Origin: Syntrophales bacterium
GTDB taxonomy: Bacteria; Desulfobacterota; Syntrophia; Syntrophales; UBA6807
DNA: 64,000 bases
Assembly (NCBI GenBank): GCA_040767195.1
Contig: JAXGPA010000003.1
Coordinates: 259,045-323,044, forward strand
Direction: 5' to 3'
Of the stretch, positions 51,842 to 60,578 are shown one piece after another. Every line of letters starts with the position of its first letter. The stretch's first letter is position 1. The notes below the pieces were generated by a model. It saw only the letters and a program-made list of their open reading frames with translations, did no database searches and was not told where the DNA came from. The position numbers and the translations under genes are program-made.

Positions 51842-52942
51842 ATGCCCAACGGACACGGAGCCATTCCAAGATTCGGTTCGCCCTTGCTGATTCTCCTGGT
51901 GACTTTCCTGCTCCTCTGGTGGGCGAGGTCGCAGGCCGCCCTGTTACCACAGGTCCTGGCCGTGGTCGCCGCCGGGATTTTCGGGTGGCGCCTGGCTTTT
52001 CACATGACCATGTGGAACGTGTCGGAATACGACGGCAGGTATTCTTCCGAGGAGCAGGTCGCAAATTCAAAGCGCCGTTACAGGGTGGCCCTCTTTACGC
52101 TCATCCCTCTTTTTGTTCTTCTGACGCTCATTCTCATCACCGCCCGCCCCGCCCATTCGGAAACCGTCACCTTGGAGGAGTTGCGAAACGCCGGTCTCCA
52201 GGGCCTTCCTGCAGAAGGCAGCTCAAAAAGCCGCCTGCCCGATCCCTCGGGAACAGGAATACACGATCCCCGCCTTACCGGAAAAGACATTCGATCCCTC
52301 GATTCAGGCGAGGACTATGCGGTCAGGATGCTCTATGCCATCGGCGACGACGACGTGGAAGAAGCCCAATCGCTTCTTGTCCAGGGCGGCGACCCCAATG
52401 TCAAAGTGCCAGGGTCGGACATGAATATTCTCATGACAGCCCAAAGTGCCGCCATGGTGAAACTTCTGCTCGATCACGGCGCAGACCCGAACCTCCCCGA
52501 CAAAGACGGTGCGACATCCCTGCACTACCTCCTGACGGCAACGTCGGCACCGGAAATCGTCCCGATCCTTTTAAGCTCGGGGGCGAACGTCAACAAGGCG
52601 GCCGAGGGGCGCGGCGGCCGGACGCCCCTCCATGAAGCCGTCCAGTGGTATTTCGAAGGGAGGGACCACGCCGTCGGCGACCGGCTCATCCGGCTTCTCG
52701 TGTCCTCCGGGGCCGACATCAACGCCCCCGGCTACCATGGAAAGACCGTGCTTCACCAGGCCGTGGAGAACGACAAGCCGGACCTGTTGAGACTCGCCCT
52801 TGAACTGGGTGCCGATCCCAGCGTCAGGGACGCCGACGGCGCCACGGCCCTGGACATGGCCAGGAGCCTGAAGCGGGATGCCCTTGTCGAGATGCTGAGT
52901 TCTCCTGTCACGGTCTCATGGAGAGGAAATAGGTGTGGGTAG
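51842..52942 (+). CDS. Membrane-anchored ankyrin-repeat protein
   Basis: Three N-terminal hydrophobic segments; repeats LLLDHGADPN, GATSLH, GRTPLHEAV, GKTVLHQAV, GATALD. Confidence 0.8.
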   Translation: MPNGHGAIPRFGSPLLILLVTFLLLWWARSQAALLPQVLAVVAAGIFGWRLAFHMTMWNVSEYDGRYSSEEQVANSKRRYRVALFTLIPLFVLLTLILITARPAHSETVTLEELRNAGLQGLPAEGSSKSRLPDPSGTGIHDPRLTGKDIRSLDSGEDYAVRMLYAIGDDDVEEAQSLLVQGGDPNVKVPGSDMNILMTAQSAAMVKLLLDHGADPNLPDKDGATSLHYLLTATSAPEIVPILLSSGANVNKAAEGRGGRTPLHEAVQWYFEGRDHAVGDRLIRLLVSSGADINAPGYHGKTVLHQAVENDKPDLLRLALELGADPSVRDADGATALDMARSLKRDALVEMLSSPVTVSWRGNRCG

Positions 52943-53429
52943 GACAGAGCACGTGGGGACGCCGGGACGTGCTGCGGGTGGTGGTGCAGCGGCTGCGGTT
53001 CAGCTGTCGAAGCTTGTGGGAGTCGAAAAAACGGACCTGCCGGGCCGTGATTTCGTGGACAATGGACCAGTGGTCCCACAGGGGACCGCTCAGGCACATG
53101 AGAATGGCTCGCTGACCGTCTGTTTCGAGAAAACGGGTCATCTCCGCCCAGAACTCGTCCAGGGGTGTGTTGGGCCTGTTTTTGAACGGCATGCTTCGGC
53201 AGGGGATCAGATCCCCCACCACCTTTCCAAAAATTCCACCAATGGTAATCAACCCGATCCCCTCGGACAGAACCCGGCTGAGGTCGTGGCTTCGTTCGAG
53301 ATGCTCCAGGATGCGTCGAAACAGGGCTTTCGCCTCGGCATCGCTGATGGATGAGACAATCCGGGCGGCGTTTACGATGCTGTAAATCGCGCACAGGCCG
53401 TCCAGGCTTCCCTGCACGTAGGGTCTCAT
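52908..53429 (-). CDS. Putative papain-like (C39-like) peptidase
   Basis: QGSLDGLCAIYSIVNA (Q...C), DHWSIV (H), FFDS (D); ATG overlaps the upstream stop (ATGA). Confidence 0.5.
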   Translation of the reverse strand: MRPYVQGSLDGLCAIYSIVNAARIVSSISDAEAKALFRRILEHLERSHDLSRVLSEGIGLITIGGIFGKVVGDLIPCRSMPFKNRPNTPLDEFWAEMTRFLETDGQRAILMCLSGPLWDHWSIVHEITARQVRFFDSHKLRQLNRSRCTTTRSTSRRPHVLCPTHTYFLSMRP

Positions 53430-54448
53430 GGCTTCATTCCCCCTGTCGCGCGTTTTGCCACGTGCCGGGCCGCGGCCAGGCGGACGACACGGCTCGCGAA
53501 GGCGCCGTAAGTCATTCCGACCGCTTCCGCGGCATAGGTGAGGCTCGTGTCGGGGCTGATGTCCGGATTGGGATTGACGTCCAGGACGTGGAAAACATTG
53601 TCGCGAAGCCGGAGATCGATGCGAGCGTAGTCGCGGCAGCCCACGAGACGATACGCCGACAGGCACGTCCGCCTCAGAACCGCCAGCTCCCTTTTTGACA
53701 GGTCGGCCGGGACCCGCAGCTGGATCCCCTCGTAGTGACGCGACCCCGGGGTGAACTTGGAATCGAAGGTGCAAAGCCGGTCGCGCACATCGGGAAAGGC
53801 GGAAAAGTCCATTTCAGCGGGAGGAAGCATGTGGACCCGGCCGTTTCCCCACAGGGTGACATGAAATTCCCTGCCGTCGATGAAGTCCTCCACCAGGGCC
53901 GGCTGGGAAAACGTTTCCCGGACATAGGCCACACGGTCCTGCAGGGCCTGTGCGTCGAGAACAACGGCACCGCTGTCGAGCCCCGTGCTGCAGTGCTCGA
54001 AGGCGGGCTTGACGATGGCGGGAAAGCGATGCCAGTCCTCCAGGGATTCCGTTTCCACCACCCGTCCGGCAGGCGTGGCAATGCCGTGAGACGAAAGCAT
54101 GGCCTTGACGGCGCCCTTGTCCCAGGTGAGGGCCAGCACGTTCGGGGGGGACCCGGTGTAGGCGTATCCAAGGCGTTTCAGATGGCCGGCCACCTGAACG
54201 TCGCTGCGGGGGATGCCGGGAATTTCCTCACACCAGTTGAAAACCACGTGGCAGGCCGGGTCGTAAGGGGCCAGCACGGCGCCCAGGTCCGTCCCCGTGA
54301 CGGGCGCCTCGAAAACAGCGTGTCCTTCGGCGGCGAGAGCCGTGACGAACTGACGGACGTCCTCGAGGACCGCGGCGGTGGCCGACGGCGGCCACGACGG
54401 GTCGACATTGTGAAGAACGACGACGGCCGGCTTGACGGACGGCGACAT
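53426..54448 (-). CDS. D-Ala-D-Ala-ligase-like ATP-grasp protein
   Basis: VVFNWCE, YTGS, DKG, PAIVKP, VEDFIDGREF, RDYARIDLR, DVNPNPD; AGGAGG RBS. Confidence 0.8.
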   Translation of the reverse strand: MSPSVKPAVVVLHNVDPSWPPSATAAVLEDVRQFVTALAAEGHAVFEAPVTGTDLGAVLAPYDPACHVVFNWCEEIPGIPRSDVQVAGHLKRLGYAYTGSPPNVLALTWDKGAVKAMLSSHGIATPAGRVVETESLEDWHRFPAIVKPAFEHCSTGLDSGAVVLDAQALQDRVAYVRETFSQPALVEDFIDGREFHVTLWGNGRVHMLPPAEMDFSAFPDVRDRLCTFDSKFTPGSRHYEGIQLRVPADLSKRELAVLRRTCLSAYRLVGCRDYARIDLRLRDNVFHVLDVNPNPDISPDTSLTYAAEAVGMTYGAFASRVVRLAAARHVAKRATGGMKP

Positions 54449-54548
54449 GGGGGCCCTCCTTTTTTTCACATTTACAATCCGAACACTGGAAGATAAAGTC
54501 AACAAAAAAAGGCTCCCTAAGGAAAAAAACGTTTAGGGGAAGATCTAA

Positions 54549-55220
54549 GTGAACATTTCAGAAGCCATAAAAAAGAGGAAAAGCATTCGGGATTTCAAGC
54601 CCGATCCCGTTTCCGAGACCGTTCTTCGGGAAATCCTTGAAACCGCGTGCCGGGCGCCATCGGCGATGAACACGCAGCCGTGGAAGTTCGTCGTTGTCAC
54701 GGGGAAAACCCTGGAGTGTGTCAAAAGAGAAAATATCGAAAAACTGAGAGCGGGTGACAGGTTTAATTCAGAATACTGGACCATCGGGTGGTCCAGGGAC
54801 AGCGTGTATCGACAGCGCCAGGTGGCGCTTGCCAGGCAGATCTTCCAGCTCATGGACATCGAGAGGGAAGACACGAAGAAGCGCTCCGAATGGATGGAAC
54901 GGGGTTTTCGATATTTCGACGCGCCATCGGTAATCCTTATCCTGACAGATAAGGCGCTGAAAGAAAGCACCCCCTTTCTTGACTTAGGGGCCGTTATGCA
55001 GAATATCTGCCTCGCGGCGATGGATTACGGTCTGGGGACCTGTATCGGCGACCAGGGCGTCATGTATCCCGAGGTGTTGAGAAAACACTGCGTTATTCCG
55101 GAATCGGACATGATCGTCATTTCCATATCGATTGGTCACCCGAATCACGGGTTCCCGGCAAACAGGCTGGAAAGCCCCCGCGAACCCCTGGATACATTAA
55201 CGAAATGGTGCACTGATTGA
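54549..55220 (+). CDS. Nitroreductase family protein
   Basis: RKSIRDF, APSAMNTQPW, FDAP, DLG..QNICLAA..GLGTC. Confidence 0.9.
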   Translation: MNISEAIKKRKSIRDFKPDPVSETVLREILETACRAPSAMNTQPWKFVVVTGKTLECVKRENIEKLRAGDRFNSEYWTIGWSRDSVYRQRQVALARQIFQLMDIEREDTKKRSEWMERGFRYFDAPSVILILTDKALKESTPFLDLGAVMQNICLAAMDYGLGTCIGDQGVMYPEVLRKHCVIPESDMIVISISIGHPNHGFPANRLESPREPLDTLTKWCTD

Positions 55221-55390
55221 GACCGTGATTTGACCTTTTTTTTCAACTCGGCACCCATTTCCGGTCTCTCCTGAAGGTCCCTGTCCTACTACAATATGGC
55301 TCCTCCTTTTTCACCAGCGCGGCCCCGAAAGGGGAAGGATGCTTTCCAAAACACCCGTAACCGAAAACTCGATTTCGGATTTTAAGCTGT

Positions 55391-55770
55391 TCAGTCCCTG
55401 ACCGCGCCGTTTCCGTCGTCTCTTCGCGGCTTCCTCGCGTAACTTTTCTGGTTCCTCCGGCGGCAAAACGACCCCGTGGAAATCCAGGCCTTAATGATGA
55501 AGCGGATCGTATCGTAACGGCTCGCCTGGAAAATTATCATGAGGAATCCCTTTTCCCTTTCCTCGCGAATCTCGTGATCGGAAACATCGTCCGGCGTTTA
55601 AGAGAACGACGGGGTTCAGCGTCGATGGCCGCCCCTGCCTCGGCGTCCCTATCCCCGTAAACCAGGCGTTGCCCTGCGCCCAGGGTGTCGGCCCGATCGC
55701 CCGGGACGGCCCTGACGGCGCTTCCGGACAGCCCGAAATCGGTTCAAGGGGAAGGACACCGACCTTACAG
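55391..55770 (-). pseudogene. Degraded 3' remnant of a WYL/WCX-domain regulator
   Basis: Segments in shifting frames: GNAWFTG / AIDAEPRRSLKRRTMFP / DHEIREEREKGFLMIIFQASRYDTIRFIIKAW / VVLPPEEPEKLREE resemble the C-terminal half of WYL proteins; no start, several frameshifts. Confidence 0.45.
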
Positions 55771-55773
55771 CAG

Positions 55774-55869
55774 GATTTCAGGGGTCAAAAAGGGCTGTTT
55801 AAGGCCAAAAAAGAGCGAAAAAAAGACTCTTTATTCTCATATATCATATACTTGTCTTGGTCCGACCCC
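55774..55869 (+). repeat. Left-type end L1 (ends in CTTGGTCCGACCCC)
   Basis: 96 bp, about 80% identical by hand alignment to 59038-59133. Confidence 0.88.
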
Positions 55870-55896
55870 AATGCCCGGAACCGACGATCATTCCTA

Positions 55897-55924
55897 TTGA
55901 CTTCATCCTGTTTTCGCCTATTAT
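55897..55924 (+). promoter_or_regulatory. Putative promoter of the S8 peptidase gene
   Basis: TTGACT-16 nt-TATTAT just inside the L1 core. Confidence 0.4.
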
Positions 55925-56113
55925 TTCTGTTTAAGGATCGGTTTTTTCGACAGCCCGATGAGGGGGCCACCTCGATTCTTTCCCGTCAGGGAAACCGGGT
56001 GGCGGTAAGTGTAAACTGTAGTTGTTCTAAAAGGTTATACAAAAACGGTTTTTTGTGGGGCGGTTGTTCGTTGGATGAAACGTTCCCTGTGGTAATCCGG
56101 GAGGAAAAGAACG

Positions 56114-58312
56114 ATGGGTGCGACAAAGAGAATTGTGGTCATTGCTTCAGTGGGCCTTTTGCTTTTTGGGTTCGCAAGCATGGGCCTTGGACAGGTGTTT
56201 TTTGTCAAAGACACGGTAAAAATAACCGAAGGGCCGAAATGGGCGCCCGGTGAAATCCTGGTGAAGTTCCTCCCCGGCACGAGCGGCGCCGTCATCGACG
56301 CCGTGAACGGGCGGCACGGGACGGCGGTGATCTCCACCAGCCGATTCGCCGGTTTTAAGAGACTGCGGATTCCACCGGGAAAAACCGTCCCCGAGATGGT
56401 GGAGATCTACAAGCGGAACCCCAACGTGGAATACGCCGAGCCGAACTTCATCGCTACCACGATGGTGGAATTCAACGATCCAGGTTATTACTTACAGTGG
56501 CACTTGGACAACCCCGGTACTGGGGGCATCCACATGGAATCCGCCTGGGATATCGCCGGCGGCGGTGACGAGAGCGTAATCGTCGCCGTCATCGACACGG
56601 GGGTGGCTTATGAGTATTACCGGGAGTTCGTGGACAACCCCGGGCGGGGCCAGGATTACTGGATAACGTACCAGGAGGCCCCCGATCTGGCCGAAACGCA
56701 TTTCGTGGCCGGTTATGATTTTGTCAACGACGATACCCACCCCAACGACGACGAGGGGCACGGCACCCACGTGACGGGCACGATCGCCCAGAGCACGGAT
56801 AATGGTATCGGCGTCGCCGGAATAGCCTTTAACACCGCCATCATGCCGATCAAGGTGCTCGACAGAAACGGTTCCGGCACTTACGGGAACATCGCCGACG
56901 GCATATACTTCGCCGCCAACCATGGAGCCCGCGTCATCAACATGAGCCTCGGGGGGTCCAGCGGATCGATCACCCTGGAGGCCGCCCTTGCCTATGCCTA
57001 TAACAAGGATGTGACCATCGTGTGCGCGTCGGGAAACGACGGGTCGGCCGAAACCGTCAGCTACCCGGCGGCCTATGACGCCTACTGCATCGCCGTGGGC
57101 GCCACCCGGTACGATGAGGCGGTTGCCTACTATTCTAACGGGGGCCCTTCCCTCGACCTGACAGCACCGGGGGGCGACATTAACGTCGACCAGAACGGGG
57201 ACGGGTTTGGCGACGGCGTCCTCCAGCAGACCTTCGGCGCCAACCCGACGGACTTCGGCTATTATTTCTATCAGGGTACCTCCATGGCGACCCCCCACGT
57301 GAGCGGGGTGGCGGCTCTCCTGATAGCCCAGGGCGTGGCAACGCCCGATGCCGTCAGGGAAGCACTGCAAGCCACTGCGGAAGATCACGGAGCTACTGGC
57401 TTGGACCCGCAGTACGGCTGGGGTATCATCAATGCCTATAAGGCCCTGACTTACTATGCCGCGCCGAATGAACGGCCGGTGGCGGATGCGGGCGGGCCTT
57501 ATTCAGGAACAGAGGATCAGGACGTCACATTTAATGGATCAGGTTCATACGATCCGGACGATGACCCGCTGACCTACCGGTGGGACTTCGGCGACGGTTC
57601 GACCGGTTCGGGGGAAAAATCGACCCATGCCTACAGTACCGGCGGAACCTACACGGTGACCCTCATCGTAAACGACGGCAAGGCGGATTCCGACCCTGAC
57701 ACGACGACCGCCACCATAGCCCACGTAAACGATGCACCGGTAGCGGACGCGGGGCCCGATCAATCTGCCGTGGTGGGCGAGACGGTCACCTTTGATGGGA
57801 CCTCCTCCTTTGACGAAGATGGTACTATCACCTCCTATGACTGGGACTTCGGCGATGAAACAACCGGGTCAGGTGTAACGGCCACCCACACTTATTCAAC
57901 GGCAGGCATCTACATTGTCACGTTGACTGTAACGGATGAAGGCGACTTAACGGGAAGCGACACGGCAAAAGTCACCGTCACCGAGGCCCAGGCCCTCACC
58001 ATGCACGTGGCCAACATCGACATGTCCCTGAAGAAAGCGGGGCCGAACGTGGAGGCCATCGCCACGGTGACCGTCGTGGATGGTGATGGGGCTCCTGTCG
58101 GGGGCGCCACGGTCTCCGGCCGATGGAGCGGGCTGACAAATGACAGCGATTCCGGGATAACGGGTGATAACGGAACCGTCTCGCTTCATTCCAACAAGGT
58201 GAAAAACGCCAGCGGAACCTTCACCTTCACCGTGGACAACATCACGAAGGACGGCTGGACGTATGATCCCGATGCCAATGAAGAAACATCCGGCTCGATA
58301 ACGGTACGTTAA
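56114..58312 (+). CDS. Secreted S8 (subtilisin-like) serine peptidase with two PKD domains
   Basis: Signal peptide, propeptide (VEYAEPN), triad VIDTG / HGTHVTG / GTSMATPHV, two PKD repeats (WDFGDG/WDFGDE), C-terminal Ig-like domain. Confidence 0.93.
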   Translation: MGATKRIVVIASVGLLLFGFASMGLGQVFFVKDTVKITEGPKWAPGEILVKFLPGTSGAVIDAVNGRHGTAVISTSRFAGFKRLRIPPGKTVPEMVEIYKRNPNVEYAEPNFIATTMVEFNDPGYYLQWHLDNPGTGGIHMESAWDIAGGGDESVIVAVIDTGVAYEYYREFVDNPGRGQDYWITYQEAPDLAETHFVAGYDFVNDDTHPNDDEGHGTHVTGTIAQSTDNGIGVAGIAFNTAIMPIKVLDRNGSGTYGNIADGIYFAANHGARVINMSLGGSSGSITLEAALAYAYNKDVTIVCASGNDGSAETVSYPAAYDAYCIAVGATRYDEAVAYYSNGGPSLDLTAPGGDINVDQNGDGFGDGVLQQTFGANPTDFGYYFYQGTSMATPHVSGVAALLIAQGVATPDAVREALQATAEDHGATGLDPQYGWGIINAYKALTYYAAPNERPVADAGGPYSGTEDQDVTFNGSGSYDPDDDPLTYRWDFGDGSTGSGEKSTHAYSTGGTYTVTLIVNDGKADSDPDTTTATIAHVNDAPVADAGPDQSAVVGETVTFDGTSSFDEDGTITSYDWDFGDETTGSGVTATHTYSTAGIYIVTLTVTDEGDLTGSDTAKVTVTEAQALTMHVANIDMSLKKAGPNVEAIATVTVVDGDGAPVGGATVSGRWSGLTNDSDSGITGDNGTVSLHSNKVKNASGTFTFTVDNITKDGWTYDPDANEETSGSITVR

Positions 58313-58345
58313 CAGGCGGAAAAACAAAACCGGGTTACTCACAAG

Positions 58346-58385
58346 AAAACCCTCCCGGCTTTCATAAACGCCGGGAGGGTTTTTT
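58346..58385 (+). terminator. Rho-independent terminator (possibly bidirectional)
   Basis: AAAACCCTCCCGGC...GCCGGGAGGGTTTTTT. Confidence 0.85.
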
Positions 58386-58407
58386 ACGCTTCAGATAACA
58401 CGGATTC

Positions 58408-58461
58408 GGGGTCGGACCAAGATAAGACCCTTATATAATTGGAGATATCGTTAAATTAAAG
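58408..58461 (+). repeat. Right-type end R1 (starts GGGGTCGGACCAAG)
   Basis: 14-bp core is the reverse complement of the L-end core; following ~40 bp align ungapped with 63945-63998. Confidence 0.85.
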
Positions 58462-58753
58462 CTGTTTTCAGGCCTTAGAAGCATCATTTCGGGGTTAAAA
58501 TGGACGCTGTAACGCTTGGAGGGCTTTTGAAGAACATGAAGGTCCCTTTCCTACAGGGGCCGGGTATTGTTTCGGTCCGGCCCCATACCGACCCCTATTT
58601 TTTATCCATACGAGACAAGCGCTTTTTACATGTCTGACAGCCGGAATCGTCGTTAGCAAACAATCATCCCTCACAACGGCATACCGATACCCTTGATATC
58701 CCGGTGTCACGTTGAGAGGAGGAACAAAATCCGGAACACGCAGGCACCCCGAT

Positions 58754-59030
58754 TCATTTTATGCCGGCCATCCTCAAGGCCCTCTCCCTCAGATAATTCA
58801 GGTTGTTGTTCTGGCAGATCATCAGTCTCTGGCATCCGCCGGGCCGGCGCCGTGGGATGACTCGGTAAGAACGTTCGATCCCTACCCGACGCGATATTCG
58901 ATGAGACGAATAATGCGGACCCTGTTTTCCGTCGATATGCCGTCCCCGCCTTTGAAGTATTTGTCCACGTAGACCGTGATTTCCGAATTTTCCAAGTCCT
59001 GCCTGCTGGGAGCGGTACAAACCACACCGC
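58754..59030 (-). pseudogene. 3' remnant of a 4-hydroxybutyryl-CoA dehydratase / HpaB-family gene
   Basis: APSRQDLENSEITVYVDKYFKGGDGISTENRVRIIRLIEYRVG*GSNVLTESSHGAGPADA (frameshift) QRLMICQNNNLNYLRERALRMAGIK*; one nonsense codon, one frameshift, 5' part absent. Confidence 0.75.
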
Positions 59031-59037
59031 ACAACAT

Positions 59038-59133
59038 GATTTTATAGGTTAAAAAAGGCTGTTTAAGGTCAAAAAAGATGCGAAAAAAGGATTTATCTTC
59101 TGCTATATTAAATACTTGACTTGGTCCGACCCC
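59038..59133 (+). repeat. Left-type end L2 (ends in CTTGGTCCGACCCC)
   Basis: 96-bp direct repeat of 55774-55869. Confidence 0.88.
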
Positions 59134-59294
59134 GACCTCACTTATAGCGGTCATCACCCGTCACTTTTCGATTACGGTTTTTTGGCAAAACAAATCGTCG
59201 GGGATTGCCGGAAACGCGATTCTGTGAGATGATGATTTTTGAAACTTAAGAGGTATTTCCCGGAGGTTAGCGAGCGGAGGCAAGGAAGAGAAAG

Positions 59295-60578
59295 GTGACT
59301 GACATGAAGGAAGAATCGGGACTCAAGATTGCCGTCATCGGTGCGGGCGTCGCCGGCATTGTGAGCGCCTGGCTGCTTCAGCGGAAACACCAGGTATCTC
59401 TCTATGAAAAAAATGACTACGTGGGAGGCCATACCCGCACCATCGTCATAGATGACGGCCCTGACGCGGGAACGCCCGTTGACACCGGCTTCATCGTTCT
59501 CAATGACCGGACCTATCCCATGTTCAACGCGTTTCTGTCCCGCCTCGGGGTTACCGTCGTCCCGACGGACATGTGTTTCAGCTATTACGATCGTCAAACG
59601 GGCTATTGTTACGCGAGCAGTGATCTGAACACCCTTTTCGCCCAGCGTTCCAATCTTTTGAAACTCTCGCACTGGCGGCTTCTTTACGACATTCTCCGCT
59701 TCAACAGAAAAACCCGCGAGTGCCTGCACGGTGGAACACTGAACGGTCTCACCCTGAGTGACTATCTCAAAAGGGAAGCCTTCGGCGACAACCTGGTCAG
59801 CAGCTATCTGATTCCCATGGCGGCGGCGATCTGGTCGACACCGGACCTCAAAATGATGGAATTCCCCGCCGAGAGTTTCTTTCACTTCTTTGAGAACCAC
59901 GGCCTTCTGACCGTGACCGACCAGCCCCGGTGGCACTATGTGAAAGGCGGAAGCCACACGTACGTCAAGGCATTCCTCGGTGAATTCAACGGACCGGTAA
60001 TGTTGAAAACGCCGGTGAAGCGGATAACCCGAAGCGGTGGTCACATCACGGTGACGGCGGCCGATGACAGGGAAGCGGTTTATGATTGCGCCGTCATCGC
60101 CACCCATGCCGACCAGGTACTCCGATTCCTGTCGGATCCGTCGCCCGAGGAAACCCGTCTCCTGTCCCCGTGGCGATACATGAAAAATCGCGTGATCCTG
60201 CACACCGATATTTCCTTCCTGCCGCCGAACCGCCGGGCCTGCGCTTCCTGGAACTACATCCGGGAACCGGGCATCGCGTCGGCATCTCCCATCACCGTTA
60301 CCTATCACATGAACCGGCTTCAAAAACTCAAGACGAAAAGGGATTACTGCGTAACGCTCAACCCGGTGCAACCGGTCGACCCGTCGTCGGTGATCCGTGA
60401 AATGGAATATGATCACCCCATGTACACCTTCGATGCCATGGCGACACAGAAAGAACTCTCACCGTTGAATGGTACAAAGAACACCTATTATTGCGGCAGT
60501 TATTTCGGCTACGGGTTTCATGAAGACGCCGTCCGGTCCGCCGTCGCCGTAGCACGAAAGTTCGGAATCGATCTATGA
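59295..60578 (+). CDS. FAD-dependent oxidoreductase (COG2907 / UfaD-like)
   Basis: GAGVAG, GGHTRT, VDTGFIV, PMAAAIWS, FFENHGLL, ATHADQ, ASWNY, YDHP, GYGFHEDA. Confidence 0.88.
   Translation: MTDMKEESGLKIAVIGAGVAGIVSAWLLQRKHQVSLYEKNDYVGGHTRTIVIDDGPDAGTPVDTGFIVLNDRTYPMFNAFLSRLGVTVVPTDMCFSYYDRQTGYCYASSDLNTLFAQRSNLLKLSHWRLLYDILRFNRKTRECLHGGTLNGLTLSDYLKREAFGDNLVSSYLIPMAAAIWSTPDLKMMEFPAESFFHFFENHGLLTVTDQPRWHYVKGGSHTYVKAFLGEFNGPVMLKTPVKRITRSGGHITVTAADDREAVYDCAVIATHADQVLRFLSDPSPEETRLLSPWRYMKNRVILHTDISFLPPNRRACASWNYIREPGIASASPITVTYHMNRLQKLKTKRDYCVTLNPVQPVDPSSVIREMEYDHPMYTFDAMATQKELSPLNGTKNTYYCGSYFGYGFHEDAVRSAVAVARKFGIDL

Noticed and set aside
52411..52420. AGGGTCGGAC partial match to the core
   Set aside because: Only 9 bp, inside the ankyrin coding sequence and without an arm; likely chance.
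55683..55696. GGGTGTCGGCCCGA as an R-type partner for L1
   Set aside because: Weak match to the core, no R arm follows, and it lies inside the WYL-like remnant.
58408..59133. Tn3-family transposon (GGGGTC ends)
   Set aside because: The perfect inverted match is only about 14-16 bp rather than ~38 bp, the flanks (GATTC versus GACCT) are not a 5-bp duplication, and there is no transposase. Kept only as an alternative MITE-like reading.
58495..59157. Short ORFs between R1 and L2 as real genes
   Set aside because: They are frames of the dehydratase remnant or run across the repeat arm.
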